A DNA stretch of 64,000 nt. Origin: Vicinamibacterales bacterium (GTDB lineage Bacteria > Acidobacteriota > Vicinamibacteria > Vicinamibacterales > 2-12-FULL-66-21). The position numbers were made by a program, and so were the translations under genes. Below are positions 43,180 through 52,371 of this stretch, one piece after another (position 1 is the first letter of the stretch; each line of letters begins with the position of its first letter). The notes under the pieces are model-generated. The model was not told the DNA's origin. It worked only from the letters and a program-made list of their open reading frames with translations, and ran no database searches. The stretch spans positions 11,993 through 75,992 of the forward strand of contig DATJKH010000045.1 of the NCBI GenBank assembly GCA_035491715.1. The letters run 5' to 3'.

Positions 43180-44358
43180 TTGACTACCCAATCGCGCGCT
43201 CGCAAGAAAGCGCAGCGCCGTGCACCCGCCGACGATCTCGCCGACTCGATCGTCCACGGCGATCTCAACATGGCGGCTGCCGCGCTTCTGTACGATATGG
43301 CGGCGCTGCAACCAAACGAGCGAAGTCAGTTCGGATACAAGCGCGCAGCGAAGGTCGTCGTCGGCTTGCCAGTATCGGTCGCCGACCTTGTCGCGGCAGG
43401 AACACTCCGCGACGTCGATTTCATCGGACCGTCCAGCGCGCGAATCATTACCGAAGTGGTTGAACAGGGCGGGTCCCCGTCTGTGGAAGCCGCCATTGGG
43501 AAGTCGACGAGGCCGTCGGAGGTGACCTCGCGGCGCGAGTTCAGAGGCGCGTATCTGAGTCACTTTGCGATGCAGTCCGCTCTTGCCGCACCCCTCGGCA
43601 AAAATGTGATCGCTCGTGGCGATTACCGCGGCGATTTCCAAATGCATTCGACCTGGAGCGATGGCGGGGAGTCGATCGCGACGCTGGCGACTGCGTGCGC
43701 CGACCTCGGGCACTCGTGTCTTGGGATCACCGATCATTCGTACGGGCTGCCCATTGCCCACGGGATCAGCATGACCGATGTCGTTCGGCAGCACCGTGAG
43801 ATCGATCGACTGAACGAGACCCTCGCGGGACGGTTTCGGGTCTTTAAAGGGATCGAGGCGAATATTCTTGCCGACGGCAACCTCGATCTTCAGCCCGACG
43901 AGCGCTCGACGTTCGAGTTCGTCGTCGCCTCGCCCCACTCGCTGCTTCGTCGGAGCGAGGATCAGACCGCGCGCATGCTTGCAGCGGTGAACGCCCCGGG
44001 TGTGGCGATCCTCGGTCATCCGCGGGGCCGCGTCTTCAACAGCCGGCCTGGCGTGAAAGCCGACTGGCTTCGGGTCTTCGCCGCCGCCGCAAAACGCCGG
44101 GTCGCCATTGAGCTCGATGGCAACTGGCACCGCCAGGACATCGACTTCGAGCTCGCTCGCCACGCACGTGATGCAGGATGTATTTTCGCGCTCGACAGCG
44201 ACGCGCATTCGATTGGCGAACTGCGGTTCAGTGACTACGCGATTGCTCACGCGCGCCTCGCCGGCATTCCGGCGTCACGTGTGATCAATTGTTGGAGCGA
44301 TGACGAGTTGGAGCGATGGTTTGATCGGTGCAGGGCGGGATCCTCAGACCTCGCCTGA
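43180..44358 (+). CDS. PolX-derived protein: helix-hairpin-helix N-domain plus PHP phosphoesterase domain
   Basis: 392 aa. TTG start after GGAGAG. N-terminal ...YKRAAKVVVGLPVSVADLVAAGTLRDVDFIGPSSARIITEVVEQG. PHP motifs GDFQMHSTWSDG, GITDHS, and a C-terminal ...ALDSDAHS... Confidence 0.75.
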   Translation: MTTQSRARKKAQRRAPADDLADSIVHGDLNMAAAALLYDMAALQPNERSQFGYKRAAKVVVGLPVSVADLVAAGTLRDVDFIGPSSARIITEVVEQGGSPSVEAAIGKSTRPSEVTSRREFRGAYLSHFAMQSALAAPLGKNVIARGDYRGDFQMHSTWSDGGESIATLATACADLGHSCLGITDHSYGLPIAHGISMTDVVRQHREIDRLNETLAGRFRVFKGIEANILADGNLDLQPDERSTFEFVVASPHSLLRRSEDQTARMLAAVNAPGVAILGHPRGRVFNSRPGVKADWLRVFAAAAKRRVAIELDGNWHRQDIDFELARHARDAGCIFALDSDAHSIGELRFSDYAIAHARLAGIPASRVINCWSDDELERWFDRCRAGSSDLA

Positions 44359-45261
44359 AGTCACTGATGCCGTCGCCCGGTAGTAGCGCGACACCAGCGG
44401 ATGCCCCACCCGCGGTTCGATGAATGCCGATGCCTGCAGGAGCGCGGTGAGATCGATCCCGGTCTCGATGCCCAGCCCATTCAGCATGTACACCAGATCC
44501 TCGGTCGCGAGATTGCCCGTGGCACGCGGCGCGTACGGGCAGCCACCGAGGCCGCCTGCCGATGCATCGAACGTGGCGATGCCGAGTTCGAGCGCGGTGA
44601 GAACGTTGGCCAGCGCCGTGCCGCGTGTGTCGTGAAAATGCAGGGCAACTGCATGGAGCGGCACGCGTTCCGCGATGACACCGACCACGCCGCGCACGCG
44701 GCCGGGATGCGCGATGCCAATTGTGTCGCTAATCGCGACTTCGAACGTGCCCATGTTCATGAGTGCTTCAGCGACTGCTGCGACGCGCGTCGGCGCCACT
44801 TCGCCTTCGAACGGACAGCCAAACGCCGTCGAGACGTAGCCGCGCACTCGTACTTTCAACTCCGACGCACGAGCGCAAACCGCCCGATAGGTGTCGAGCG
44901 AGGCATCGACGTCCTGATTGATGTTGCGAAGACTGAAGGCATCCGAGGCGGCTGCGACGATGCCGACCTCGGCGAGGCCTGCGGCGTGCGCGCGTTCGAG
45001 ACCTTCGAGGTTCGGGACGAGTGCCGTATACCGTGTATGGGGTCGTCGTGTGATTCCCGCAAAAACGTCGGAGGCGTCGGCCATCTGCGGAACCCACTTC
45101 GGGCTGACGAACGCCGACACCTCGATCACCGGCAAGCCGGCTTGAGTCAGCCGGTCGACAAACGCGATCTTGTCTTCTGTCGAGATTGCGGCCGATTCGT
45201 TCTGAAGGCCGTCGCGTGGGCCGACTTCAACGACAGTGACGCGCGACGGATAACGCATCAC
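44344..45261 (-). CDS. Hydroxymethylglutaryl-CoA lyase
   Basis: 305 aa. Contains VTVVEVGPRDGLQNE, ...HFHDTRGTALAN..., ...GGLGGCPYAP... Confidence 0.92.
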   Translation of the reverse strand: MMRYPSRVTVVEVGPRDGLQNESAAISTEDKIAFVDRLTQAGLPVIEVSAFVSPKWVPQMADASDVFAGITRRPHTRYTALVPNLEGLERAHAAGLAEVGIVAAASDAFSLRNINQDVDASLDTYRAVCARASELKVRVRGYVSTAFGCPFEGEVAPTRVAAVAEALMNMGTFEVAISDTIGIAHPGRVRGVVGVIAERVPLHAVALHFHDTRGTALANVLTALELGIATFDASAGGLGGCPYAPRATGNLATEDLVYMLNGLGIETGIDLTALLQASAFIEPRVGHPLVSRYYRATASVTSGEV

Positions 45262-45728
45262 TCGATCTCGACGAGCGGGACGCCCGGCTGAACGAGGTCG
45301 CCTGGTTTGCAGGACACACTCGCGACGGTTCCGTCCGTGTCGGCGCGAATCGGCAACTCCATCTTCATCGCTTCCAGAATCACAAGCGTATCACCTCGCC
45401 GCACCTGCCCTCCCGGCGAGACTTCGACCCGAATGACCGTTGCCGGCATCGGTGCCGAAAGGGAACTGTGGCCGGAGGTGGCGCGGCGCCGGGGGCGGCC
45501 TGCCGCGCGGGCTTCCAACTCATAGACGCTGCCGTCGAGAAAGACCCACCGCAGATCGCCTGAGGCGGCGACCCACGCCAGCGTGGCTCCCTCGGGCCCA
45601 AGGCGTATCTCCCCGGGACCTGTGATTCTGGCGATGACCGGCACGTCATCGACCGTGACGCGGCCGTCGTCGAAGACGCTGACGTTGTGTTCGCCCCGCT
45701 CGTCGGTGATGACCAGTCGCCGTTCCAT
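45258..45728 (-). CDS. Biotin carboxyl carrier (biotinyl/lipoyl domain) protein of acyl-CoA carboxylase
   Basis: Trimmed to the ATG at 45728, which overlaps the upstream TGA (TGATG). Biotinylation motif LEAMKMELPI. Confidence 0.8.
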   Translation of the reverse strand: MERRLVITDERGEHNVSVFDDGRVTVDDVPVIARITGPGEIRLGPEGATLAWVAASGDLRWVFLDGSVYELEARAAGRPRRRATSGHSSLSAPMPATVIRVEVSPGGQVRRGDTLVILEAMKMELPIRADTDGTVASVSCKPGDLVQPGVPLVEIE

Positions 45729-47221
45729 CAACGGCCCCATCCACGAATCGTGGCCCACGGGTCTGCCGCCGTTGACGGCTCCTTGCGCGCCATCGGCAAG
45801 TCGCTCGCCGGCCCAATCGCCGCTGCTGCAGCGAGCGCGTCGGTGGGTGTATCTCGAGCGGTCAACAGTTCGAGCGCATGATCTTCGATGAAGCGTGTAT
45901 GAACATGCCCTGCCCGCATAGCGGCATGATCGAGCAGCTGGATGAGAAACGGGACATTCGTGCGGATACCGAGAATGGGAAAGCGCTTGAGTGCGGCGAG
46001 CGCGCGCGCGATCGCTGCATCGCGCGACTCGGCAGTCGCCGTGAGCTTTGCGAGGAGCGGATCATAGTGAACCGAGACGGTTCCCCCTTCGACAACGCCG
46101 GAATCGATGCGAATCCCTGGACCGGCTGGTTCACGATAAAAGAGCAACCGCCCCGCTTGCGGCAGAAAGCCGCCGGCAGGATCCTCGGCATAAATCCGGC
46201 ACTCGATGGCATGCCCTCGGCGGCTGATCTCGCTCTGAGTCCACGGTAATTGTCCGCCGGCTGCGACGGTGAATTGCGCACGAACCAGATCCATCCCGGT
46301 GAGTGTCTCGGTCACCGGGTGCTCGACCTGGAGACGTGTGTTCACTTCGAGAAAGTAAAACCGCGCGTTATCGCCTGAACCTTCGAGGAGAAACTCGATC
46401 GTGCCAGCGTTCACATAACCCGCAGCCCGCGCCGCGGCAACCGCCGCGTCGGTCATGCGCGTGCGGACCGGCTCGGTCAGCGCGGGAGAGGGGCTCTCCT
46501 CGACAACCTTCTGATGACGGCGTTGAATCGAGCACTCGCGCTCGAAGAGATGGACGATGTTGCCGTGGGTGTCGCCGAATACCTGGACTTCAACATGTCG
46601 CGGTTTATCGATCAGTCGCTCGACATACAGCGTTCCGTCACCGAAAGCCGCGATCGCTTCACGTCGGGCCGCCGCGATCAATTCCGCGGCCGACTCCTGG
46701 TCGCGAACCGCGCGCATCCCCTTACCGCCGCCTCCCGCTGATGCTTTGACCAACACGGGAAATCCCAGCTGGCCGGCTGCGGCAAGGATTCCGGCATCCG
46801 ACTGATCGGTTGCCGTGATTCCGGGCACGACTGGGACACCTGCGGATGTCATCAACTCCCGGGCGGCCACCTTCGAGCCCATGCGTTCGATGACACTTGC
46901 GGGCGGACCAATGAACACGAGACCTGCGCGATCGCAGGCAGTCGCGAACTTGGCGTTTTCGGACAGGAATCCATATCCGGGGTGCACGGCCTCGGCCGAC
47001 GAGACTCGGGCCGCCTCGATGATCGCGTCAATGGAGAGATAGCTTTGAGCCGAAGCGGCGGGGCCGATGCGAACGGCCCGATCCACGGCGCGGGTGTGCG
47101 GGGCGTCGCGGTCCGCGTCGGAGTACACCGCAATGCTCTCGAGGCCGGCTTCACGACAGGCGCGCGCGACGCGGATCGCAATCTCGCCGCGGTTGGCAAT
47201 CAGCACGCGACGGAACGTCAT
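45728..47221 (-). CDS. Biotin carboxylase subunit (methylcrotonyl-/acyl-CoA carboxylase alpha, BC part)
   Basis: 497 aa. Contains RRVLIANRGEIAIRVARA, ...GGGGKGMR..., ...EVNTRLQVEHPVTE... Confidence 0.92.
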   Translation of the reverse strand: MTFRRVLIANRGEIAIRVARACREAGLESIAVYSDADRDAPHTRAVDRAVRIGPAASAQSYLSIDAIIEAARVSSAEAVHPGYGFLSENAKFATACDRAGLVFIGPPASVIERMGSKVAARELMTSAGVPVVPGITATDQSDAGILAAAGQLGFPVLVKASAGGGGKGMRAVRDQESAAELIAAARREAIAAFGDGTLYVERLIDKPRHVEVQVFGDTHGNIVHLFERECSIQRRHQKVVEESPSPALTEPVRTRMTDAAVAAARAAGYVNAGTIEFLLEGSGDNARFYFLEVNTRLQVEHPVTETLTGMDLVRAQFTVAAGGQLPWTQSEISRRGHAIECRIYAEDPAGGFLPQAGRLLFYREPAGPGIRIDSGVVEGGTVSVHYDPLLAKLTATAESRDAAIARALAALKRFPILGIRTNVPFLIQLLDHAAMRAGHVHTRFIEDHALELLTARDTPTDALAAAAAIGPASDLPMARKEPSTAADPWATIRGWGR

Positions 47222-47994
47222 GCGCTCCAGCTCGGCTTCCGCTTTTCGAGGAATGCTCGAAGACCTTCCTGGCCTTCCTCCGAGACGCGCTGCGTGGCGA
47301 TCGCGTTGGTCGTGAGTCCGATGACATGGTCAGGGTGCGCGCCAGCGATTTCTCGAATCAGCGCTTTGGCTCTGGCAATTCCCGCGGGACTGGCCGCGAG
47401 AACATCGGCCACTCGCTTGGCGACCGCCGCGTCGAGGCCGTCTGCCGGAACGATTTCATGAACCAGGCCGATTTGACGAGCGTGCGCCGCATCGAATCGC
47501 ATGCCGGTCAGGAACAATTCGCGCGCGGCTGAGATCCCGATTTTTCGCAACACGTATGGTCCGACCACCGCCGGCAAAATGCCAAGCTTCACTTCACTCA
47601 GCCCAAACACCGCATCGTCGGCCGCCACCACGATGTCGCAGATGGCCGCAAGGCCGACTCCGCCGCCGAGCGCAGATCCCTGAATGCGCCCGATCACCGG
47701 CATCGGAAGCGTGTCCAGCCGCTCCATCAGCCGAGCCATGTCCTCGGCATCACTCAGGTTCTCCTGGCGCGAATAGGCGATGGCTTTCGCCATCCATCCG
47801 ACGTCGGCACCGGAGCAGAACGCCTTGCCGTTGCCGGCGAGGACCACTGCGCGAACGGAGCGATCCTCGGCGGCTGATGCTGCGGCGCTCGTCAGTGCAT
47901 GGATGACGTTCTCGTCGATCGCATTGCGAACGTCAGGGCGATTCAATGTGATGCGGAGGATCGGTCCGTCGCGATCGATGACGACTGCTGACAT
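47218..47994 (-). CDS. Enoyl-CoA hydratase/isomerase family (methylglutaconyl-CoA hydratase-like)
   Basis: Trimmed to MSAVVIDRDGPILRITLNRPDVRNAI. Contains ...AFCSGADV... The longer ORF would overlap the upstream gene. Confidence 0.85.
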   Translation of the reverse strand: MSAVVIDRDGPILRITLNRPDVRNAIDENVIHALTSAAASAAEDRSVRAVVLAGNGKAFCSGADVGWMAKAIAYSRQENLSDAEDMARLMERLDTLPMPVIGRIQGSALGGGVGLAAICDIVVAADDAVFGLSEVKLGILPAVVGPYVLRKIGISAARELFLTGMRFDAAHARQIGLVHEIVPADGLDAAVAKRVADVLAASPAGIARAKALIREIAGAHPDHVIGLTTNAIATQRVSEEGQEGLRAFLEKRKPSWSA

Positions 47995-47998
47995 TGCA

Positions 47999-49609
47999 CT
48001 ACATCCGGAAAACACCGAACCTGGCATCCGGGATCGGCGCATTGAATGCGGCCGACAGCCCGAGTGCCAGCGCGTCCCGCGTCTCGGCAGGATCGAGGAT
48101 TCCATCGTCCCACAGGCGGGCGGTTGAGTAATACGGTGAGCCTTCACGCTCGTACTTCTCGAGAATCGGACCGCGAATCGCCTCTTCTTCCTCCGCCGTC
48201 AACGTCCGTCCGTCGCGCGCGAGCTGATCTCGCTTCACAGTCGTCAGTACCCCTGCCGCTTGCTCTCCACCCATCACCGAGATGCGGGCGTTGGGCCACA
48301 TCCACAGCAGCCGGGGTTCGTACGCCCGACCGCACATTCCGTAGTTACCGGCCCCGAACGAGCCGCCAATCACCACCGTCAACTTCGGCACGACCGAATT
48401 GGCAACGGCGTGCACCATCTTCGCCCCATCCTTGGCGATTCCACCGCGCTCGTAGTCGCGCCCCACCATGAATCCCGTGATGTTCTGAAGAAAGATCAGC
48501 GGCACGCGGCGAAGATTGCAGAGCTCGATGAAATGCGTCGCTTTCAGCGCGGATTCCGAGAAGAGCACCCCATTGTTCGCGATGATGCCGACGAGAAACC
48601 CCTGCAGCCGCGCGAACCCCGTCACCAGTGTATTGCCGTAGCGCTCCTTGAACTCGTCGAATCGCGAGCCGTCGACGAGCCTGGCGATAATCTCGCGAAC
48701 TTCATACGGTTTGCGCGTGTCGGTATTCACGATGCCATAGATATCACTGGCGTCGTAGAGTGGCGCTTCGGCGGTTGCGACGTCGGCCGGAAGCGCCTTG
48801 ACCGTATTCAGCGTGCCCACGATCGTGCGGAGGATCTGCAATGCGTGCTCGTCGTCTTCCGCAAAATAATCCGCAACGCCCGAGAGTCGCGTGTGCACAT
48901 CGGCTCCGCCAAGCTCCTCTGCCGTGACTTCTTCACCCGTGGCGGCTTTGACGAGCGGCGGTCCACCCAAGAAGATCGTGCCGGTGCCCTTGACGATGAT
49001 CGTCTGGTCGGACATCGCCGGCAGGTAGGCACCCCCCGCGGTGCACGATCCCATCACCGCAGCGATTTGCGGAATCCGCTCGGCCGACATCCGCGCCTGA
49101 TTGAAGAAGATTCGCCCGAAATCGTTTCGATCGGGAAACACTTCCGCCTGCAGCGGAAGAAACGCGCCGCCTGAATCAACGAGGTAGATGCAGGGGAGCC
49201 GATTCTGCAGCGCGATCTCCTGTGCCCGGACGTGCTTCTTTACGGTCAGCGGATAGTACGTGCCGCCCTTCACCGTCGCGTCATTGGCGACGATGAGCAC
49301 TTCGCGTCCCGATACGCGACCGATGCCGGTGACCAGCCCTGCAGCGGGAGCCTCGTTGTCGTACATGTCCCACGCCGCGAGTGGCGACAGCTCGAGGAAC
49401 GACGAATTCTCATCCAGGAGGAGATCGATCCGCTCGCGAACTGGCAGTTTTCCCTGCGCGCGATGTCGCTCGAGGTACTTCGCGCCGCCACTCTGTTTAG
49501 CAGTTGCCGTCCGCCCTCGAAGCTCCGTCACCAGAGCAGCCATCCGATCTCGATTCGCCTGGAAGAGCGGAGAAGTCGCGTCGACGTGGGTTTCGAGAAT
49601 GTCCATCAA
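47999..49609 (-). CDS. Acyl-CoA carboxylase carboxyltransferase subunit (methylcrotonyl-CoA carboxylase beta-like)
   Basis: 536 aa. Carboxyltransferase N and C domains with ...GGAYLPA... and ...[16 protein letters not shown]-type segments. Confidence 0.9.
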   Translation of the reverse strand: MMDILETHVDATSPLFQANRDRMAALVTELRGRTATAKQSGGAKYLERHRAQGKLPVRERIDLLLDENSSFLELSPLAAWDMYDNEAPAAGLVTGIGRVSGREVLIVANDATVKGGTYYPLTVKKHVRAQEIALQNRLPCIYLVDSGGAFLPLQAEVFPDRNDFGRIFFNQARMSAERIPQIAAVMGSCTAGGAYLPAMSDQTIIVKGTGTIFLGGPPLVKAATGEEVTAEELGGADVHTRLSGVADYFAEDDEHALQILRTIVGTLNTVKALPADVATAEAPLYDASDIYGIVNTDTRKPYEVREIIARLVDGSRFDEFKERYGNTLVTGFARLQGFLVGIIANNGVLFSESALKATHFIELCNLRRVPLIFLQNITGFMVGRDYERGGIAKDGAKMVHAVANSVVPKLTVVIGGSFGAGNYGMCGRAYEPRLLWMWPNARISVMGGEQAAGVLTTVKRDQLARDGRTLTAEEEEAIRGPILEKYEREGSPYYSTARLWDDGILDPAETRDALALGLSAAFNAPIPDARFGVFRM

Positions 49610-49645
49610 AAACGGATGCTGAAAGTGCTGATTGTTGATCGCCGC

Positions 49646-49711
49646 GATTCGGGGATTCGAGGATTAGTGATTCAAGGATTCAGGATTAGCGATTAGTGAT
49701 TAGTGATTCAG
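49646..49711. repeat. Degenerate tandem GATTMRN units (reverse orientation of the GAATC/TAATC family)
   Basis: GATTCGGGGATTCGAGGATTAGTGATTCAAGGATTCAGGATTAGCGATTAGTGATTAGTGATTCAG. On the minus strand it directly follows the TGA of the zinc-ribbon ORF and contains AATCACTAATCGCT, as at 59821. Confidence 0.85.
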
Positions 49712-49897
49712 TCACCACCCGCAACAGTCTGTCTTATACCGACACTGCGGACAGCGCCACACGGCGTGCATCCGGAACATCTCTGCCCCGCAGCGTTCGC
49801 AAATCACGGCGTCGCTCGAGGTGCTTCGCTGCGACGAACAGGATGGGGAAGGCGGAGGTGTAGCCGATGCCGGAGGTAGGCGCGTTGGATCAGGCAT
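49712..49897 (-). CDS. Small zinc-ribbon protein (hypothetical)
   Basis: 61 aa from the ATG at 49897. C-terminal CERCG...CPQCRYKTDCCGW, with a Pro/Ser-rich N-terminus. The start is uncertain. Confidence 0.45.
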   Translation of the reverse strand: MPDPTRLPPASATPPPSPSCSSQRSTSSDAVICERCGAEMFRMHAVWRCPQCRYKTDCCGW

Positions 49898-49971
49898 GCG
49901 CGGGATTATAGAACGAGAGACAGCGCCAGGCGCAGTGGTCCAGCTGTCCCTTGACTCAGGTGGTCGATACA

Positions 49972-50622
49972 ATGGTGTCTATGGACGATCGCGAGCGGCG
50001 CGTCCAGATGATCGAGCGTCAGATTGCCGCGCGGGGGGTTCGCGATCCGCGGGTCCTCGAGGCGCTCGGCGATGTGCCCCGACATCTGTTCGTCCCTGAT
50101 GATCAGAGGCTCCACGCCTACGAGGATCGGGCACTCCCGATTGCGAGCGGCCAAACAATTTCACAGCCCTACATGGTCGCGATCATGACCGAGTTGCTGG
50201 GAGCCGAGGCACATCACCGCGTGCTCGAGATCGGCACTGGATCGGGCTATCAGACAGCGGTCCTTTCGCGATTGTCGAAACAGGTCATTACCATCGAACG
50301 TCACCCCGAGCTAGCGCGTATGGCCGGGCGGGTTTTCGAACAGCTTGGGCTCACCAACGTGGATATCCGGGTCGGGGACGGGACCGAAGGGCTGCCCGAG
50401 GAGGCTCCATTCGATCGAATCCTCGTCACCGCGGGGGCGCCATCTATTCCTGAGTCGCTGAAGGCGCAGCTCGCGGATACGGGACGCCTGGTCTTGCCTG
50501 TTGGGCCGTCAGGCTATCAACACTTGACGGTCATTGACCGCTTCGGCACGAGCTTCGAGCAGCAGGAGCGCGAGGCCTGCGTGTTCGTCCCGCTCATCGG
50601 CCGCCACGGCTGGAAGCCGTAA
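49972..50622 (+). CDS. pcm: Protein-L-isoaspartate O-methyltransferase
   Basis: Contains ...VPRHLFVP..., ALPIASGQTISQPYMVAIMTELL, VLEIGTGSGYQTAVL. ATG 49972 is preceded by AGGTGG. The ORF could also start at TTG 49951. Confidence 0.9.
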   Translation: MVSMDDRERRVQMIERQIAARGVRDPRVLEALGDVPRHLFVPDDQRLHAYEDRALPIASGQTISQPYMVAIMTELLGAEAHHRVLEIGTGSGYQTAVLSRLSKQVITIERHPELARMAGRVFEQLGLTNVDIRVGDGTEGLPEEAPFDRILVTAGAPSIPESLKAQLADTGRLVLPVGPSGYQHLTVIDRFGTSFEQQEREACVFVPLIGRHGWKP

Positions 50623-50623
50623 T

Positions 50624-50676
50624 CCGTAAAAGGTGGCTGGCACCTTTCCCTAAGAGGTGCCAGCCACCTTTTACGG
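50624..50676 (+). terminator. Long perfect hairpin after pcm
   Basis: CCGTAAAAGGTGGCTGGCACCT, 9-nt loop, AGGTGCCAGCCACCTTTTACGG (22-bp stem), followed by TTTG. Confidence 0.7.
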
Positions 50677-50897
50677 TTTGCGTCGGCTGAGTGCCTACCA
50701 ACAAACCTGCCGGAAGGGTGTATCTATTCTTGACAAGTGTCCGCCAGTGGACGCCAAACTGAAAATGTGTATACTTATCGGCTTGAGGTTAATTCGGCCG
50801 TGTATTGATGCGCGGCTGTTTTCGCCGTCGCGTTAAAAGCCCGGCGGCAATAAATCTGAAGGTGCCGGTCACCTTTTCCGGTTCACGGGGCAGCCTT

Positions 50898-52301
50898 ATG
50901 ACGATGAAAAAGCGCAATCGAGTGCTCGCCATCGATGACGAGCCGTCGATGATCGAATGGCTGAAGATTCTTCTCGAGCATGAAGGCTACGAAGTACGTA
51001 CCGCGATGATCGGCACGCGCGGAGAAGAGATTTTCAAGACCTGGAAGCCGGACGTGGTCGTGACCGACATGATGCTGCCCGACGCCGACGGTCTCGAACT
51101 GCTGCGCAAGTTCAAGCAGATCCACGCCGACACCGAGGTCATCGTGGTGACCGGCCATGGCAGCGTTGTGAAAGCGGTCGAGGCCATGAAGGCCGGAGCG
51201 CACAGCTTTGTCGAGAAGCCGATCGAGCCGGATACGCTGCTGCAAATGCTCGAGCGCGCGATCGAACGGCGCGATCTGGTCGGCGAAAACCTCTTGCTGA
51301 AACAGAAGCTCGAGGGGCAGTTCCGCTTCGGCAACATCATCGGCAAAAGCAAGAAGATGCACGAGGTGCTCGAGCTGGTCGAAAGCGTCGCCGGAAGCGA
51401 CGCCAACATCCTCATCCAAGGGGAGAACGGCACCGGCAAAGAGCTCATTGCCAACGCGATCCACTACAACAGCAAACGCGCCAAGGGTCCGTTCATCAAG
51501 ATCAATTGCGCCGCGATTCCGAAAGACCTGATCGAATCGGAGCTGTTTGGCTATAAGAAGGGTGCCTTCACCGGCGCCCAGACAGATAAGGAAGGCCTCT
51601 TCGAGATGTCGGAGGGGGGCTCGCTGCTGCTCGACGAGATCGGTGAGATGCCGCCCTATCTCCAGACCAAGCTGCTGCGCGTGCTTCAGGAGCGCGAGTA
51701 TCGCCCGATTGGAAGCGATCGGGTCGTGCGGGTCGACTTCCGGCTAATCTGCGCGACCAATATCGACCTGGATGCGGCGCTCCGCGACGGGAAGCTGCGA
51801 GAGGACCTCTACTTCCGCATCAACACCATTACTTTGCGCGTGCCGCCGCTCCGAGAGCGCACTGAAGACATTCCGCTGCTCTGCGAACACTTCCTCGAGA
51901 AGTACCGGCAGCGCCACCAGCGCGGGGTGAAGACGATCGCGCCGGCCGCGTACCACGTGCTCATTCGTCACCGCTGGCCCGGCAACGTCCGCGAACTCGA
52001 GAACGTGATCGAGCGTGGCGTGCTCGTCGCCAAAGGCAACGAAATCACTGTCAACGATCTTCCCGAGTCGCTGCGCACGGAAAACACCACCACGACTGAG
52101 TTCGTGATTCCGCCCCACCGGACGCTTGCCGAGATCGAACGGATGGCCATCCTGCAGACACTGCAGCGGACCAACTGGAACAAACAGGAAGCGGCGCAGA
52201 TACTCGGACTGTATCGCCCGACTTTGTACAGCAAGATGAAGAAGCACGAGATCCAGGACGGCAGCAAAACCGCCGCACGCCGGGTCGCGGCCGTGCAGTA
52301 A
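50898..52301 (+). CDS. Sigma-54-dependent Fis-family response regulator (NtrC-type: REC, AAA+, HTH)
   Basis: Trimmed to MTMKKRNRVLAIDDEPS. Contains VVVTDMMLPDADG, GENGTGKE (Walker A), ESELFGYKKGAFTGA (GAFTGA), and a C-terminal Fis-type HTH QEAAQILGLYRPTLYSKMKK. Confidence 0.92.
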   Translation: MTMKKRNRVLAIDDEPSMIEWLKILLEHEGYEVRTAMIGTRGEEIFKTWKPDVVVTDMMLPDADGLELLRKFKQIHADTEVIVVTGHGSVVKAVEAMKAGAHSFVEKPIEPDTLLQMLERAIERRDLVGENLLLKQKLEGQFRFGNIIGKSKKMHEVLELVESVAGSDANILIQGENGTGKELIANAIHYNSKRAKGPFIKINCAAIPKDLIESELFGYKKGAFTGAQTDKEGLFEMSEGGSLLLDEIGEMPPYLQTKLLRVLQEREYRPIGSDRVVRVDFRLICATNIDLDAALRDGKLREDLYFRINTITLRVPPLRERTEDIPLLCEHFLEKYRQRHQRGVKTIAPAAYHVLIRHRWPGNVRELENVIERGVLVAKGNEITVNDLPESLRTENTTTTEFVIPPHRTLAEIERMAILQTLQRTNWNKQEAAQILGLYRPTLYSKMKKHEIQDGSKTAARRVAAVQ

Positions 52302-52341
52302 TCCTCAGAATCCTCGGAGCCACCCCGTCCATTGGTCCGGT

Positions 52342-52357
52342 CGGCGTGCGCCTTGCA
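52342..52357 (+). promoter_or_regulatory. Candidate sigma-54 promoter upstream of mlaE
   Basis: cGGCGTG-cgcc-TTGCA. The GG (52343-44) and GC (52355-56) have canonical -24/-12 spacing. It lies only ~15 nt before the mlaE ATG. Confidence 0.4.
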
Positions 52358-52371
52358 GCGACTCATCCTGA

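Noticed and set aside
50729-50775. Sigma-70 promoter for the sigma-54 activator gene (TTGACA at 50729; TGGACG-N16-TATACT at about 50745..50772).
   Set aside because: TTGACA has no -10 box at a workable distance. The second pair is only a moderate match. It is too weak to call without TSS data.
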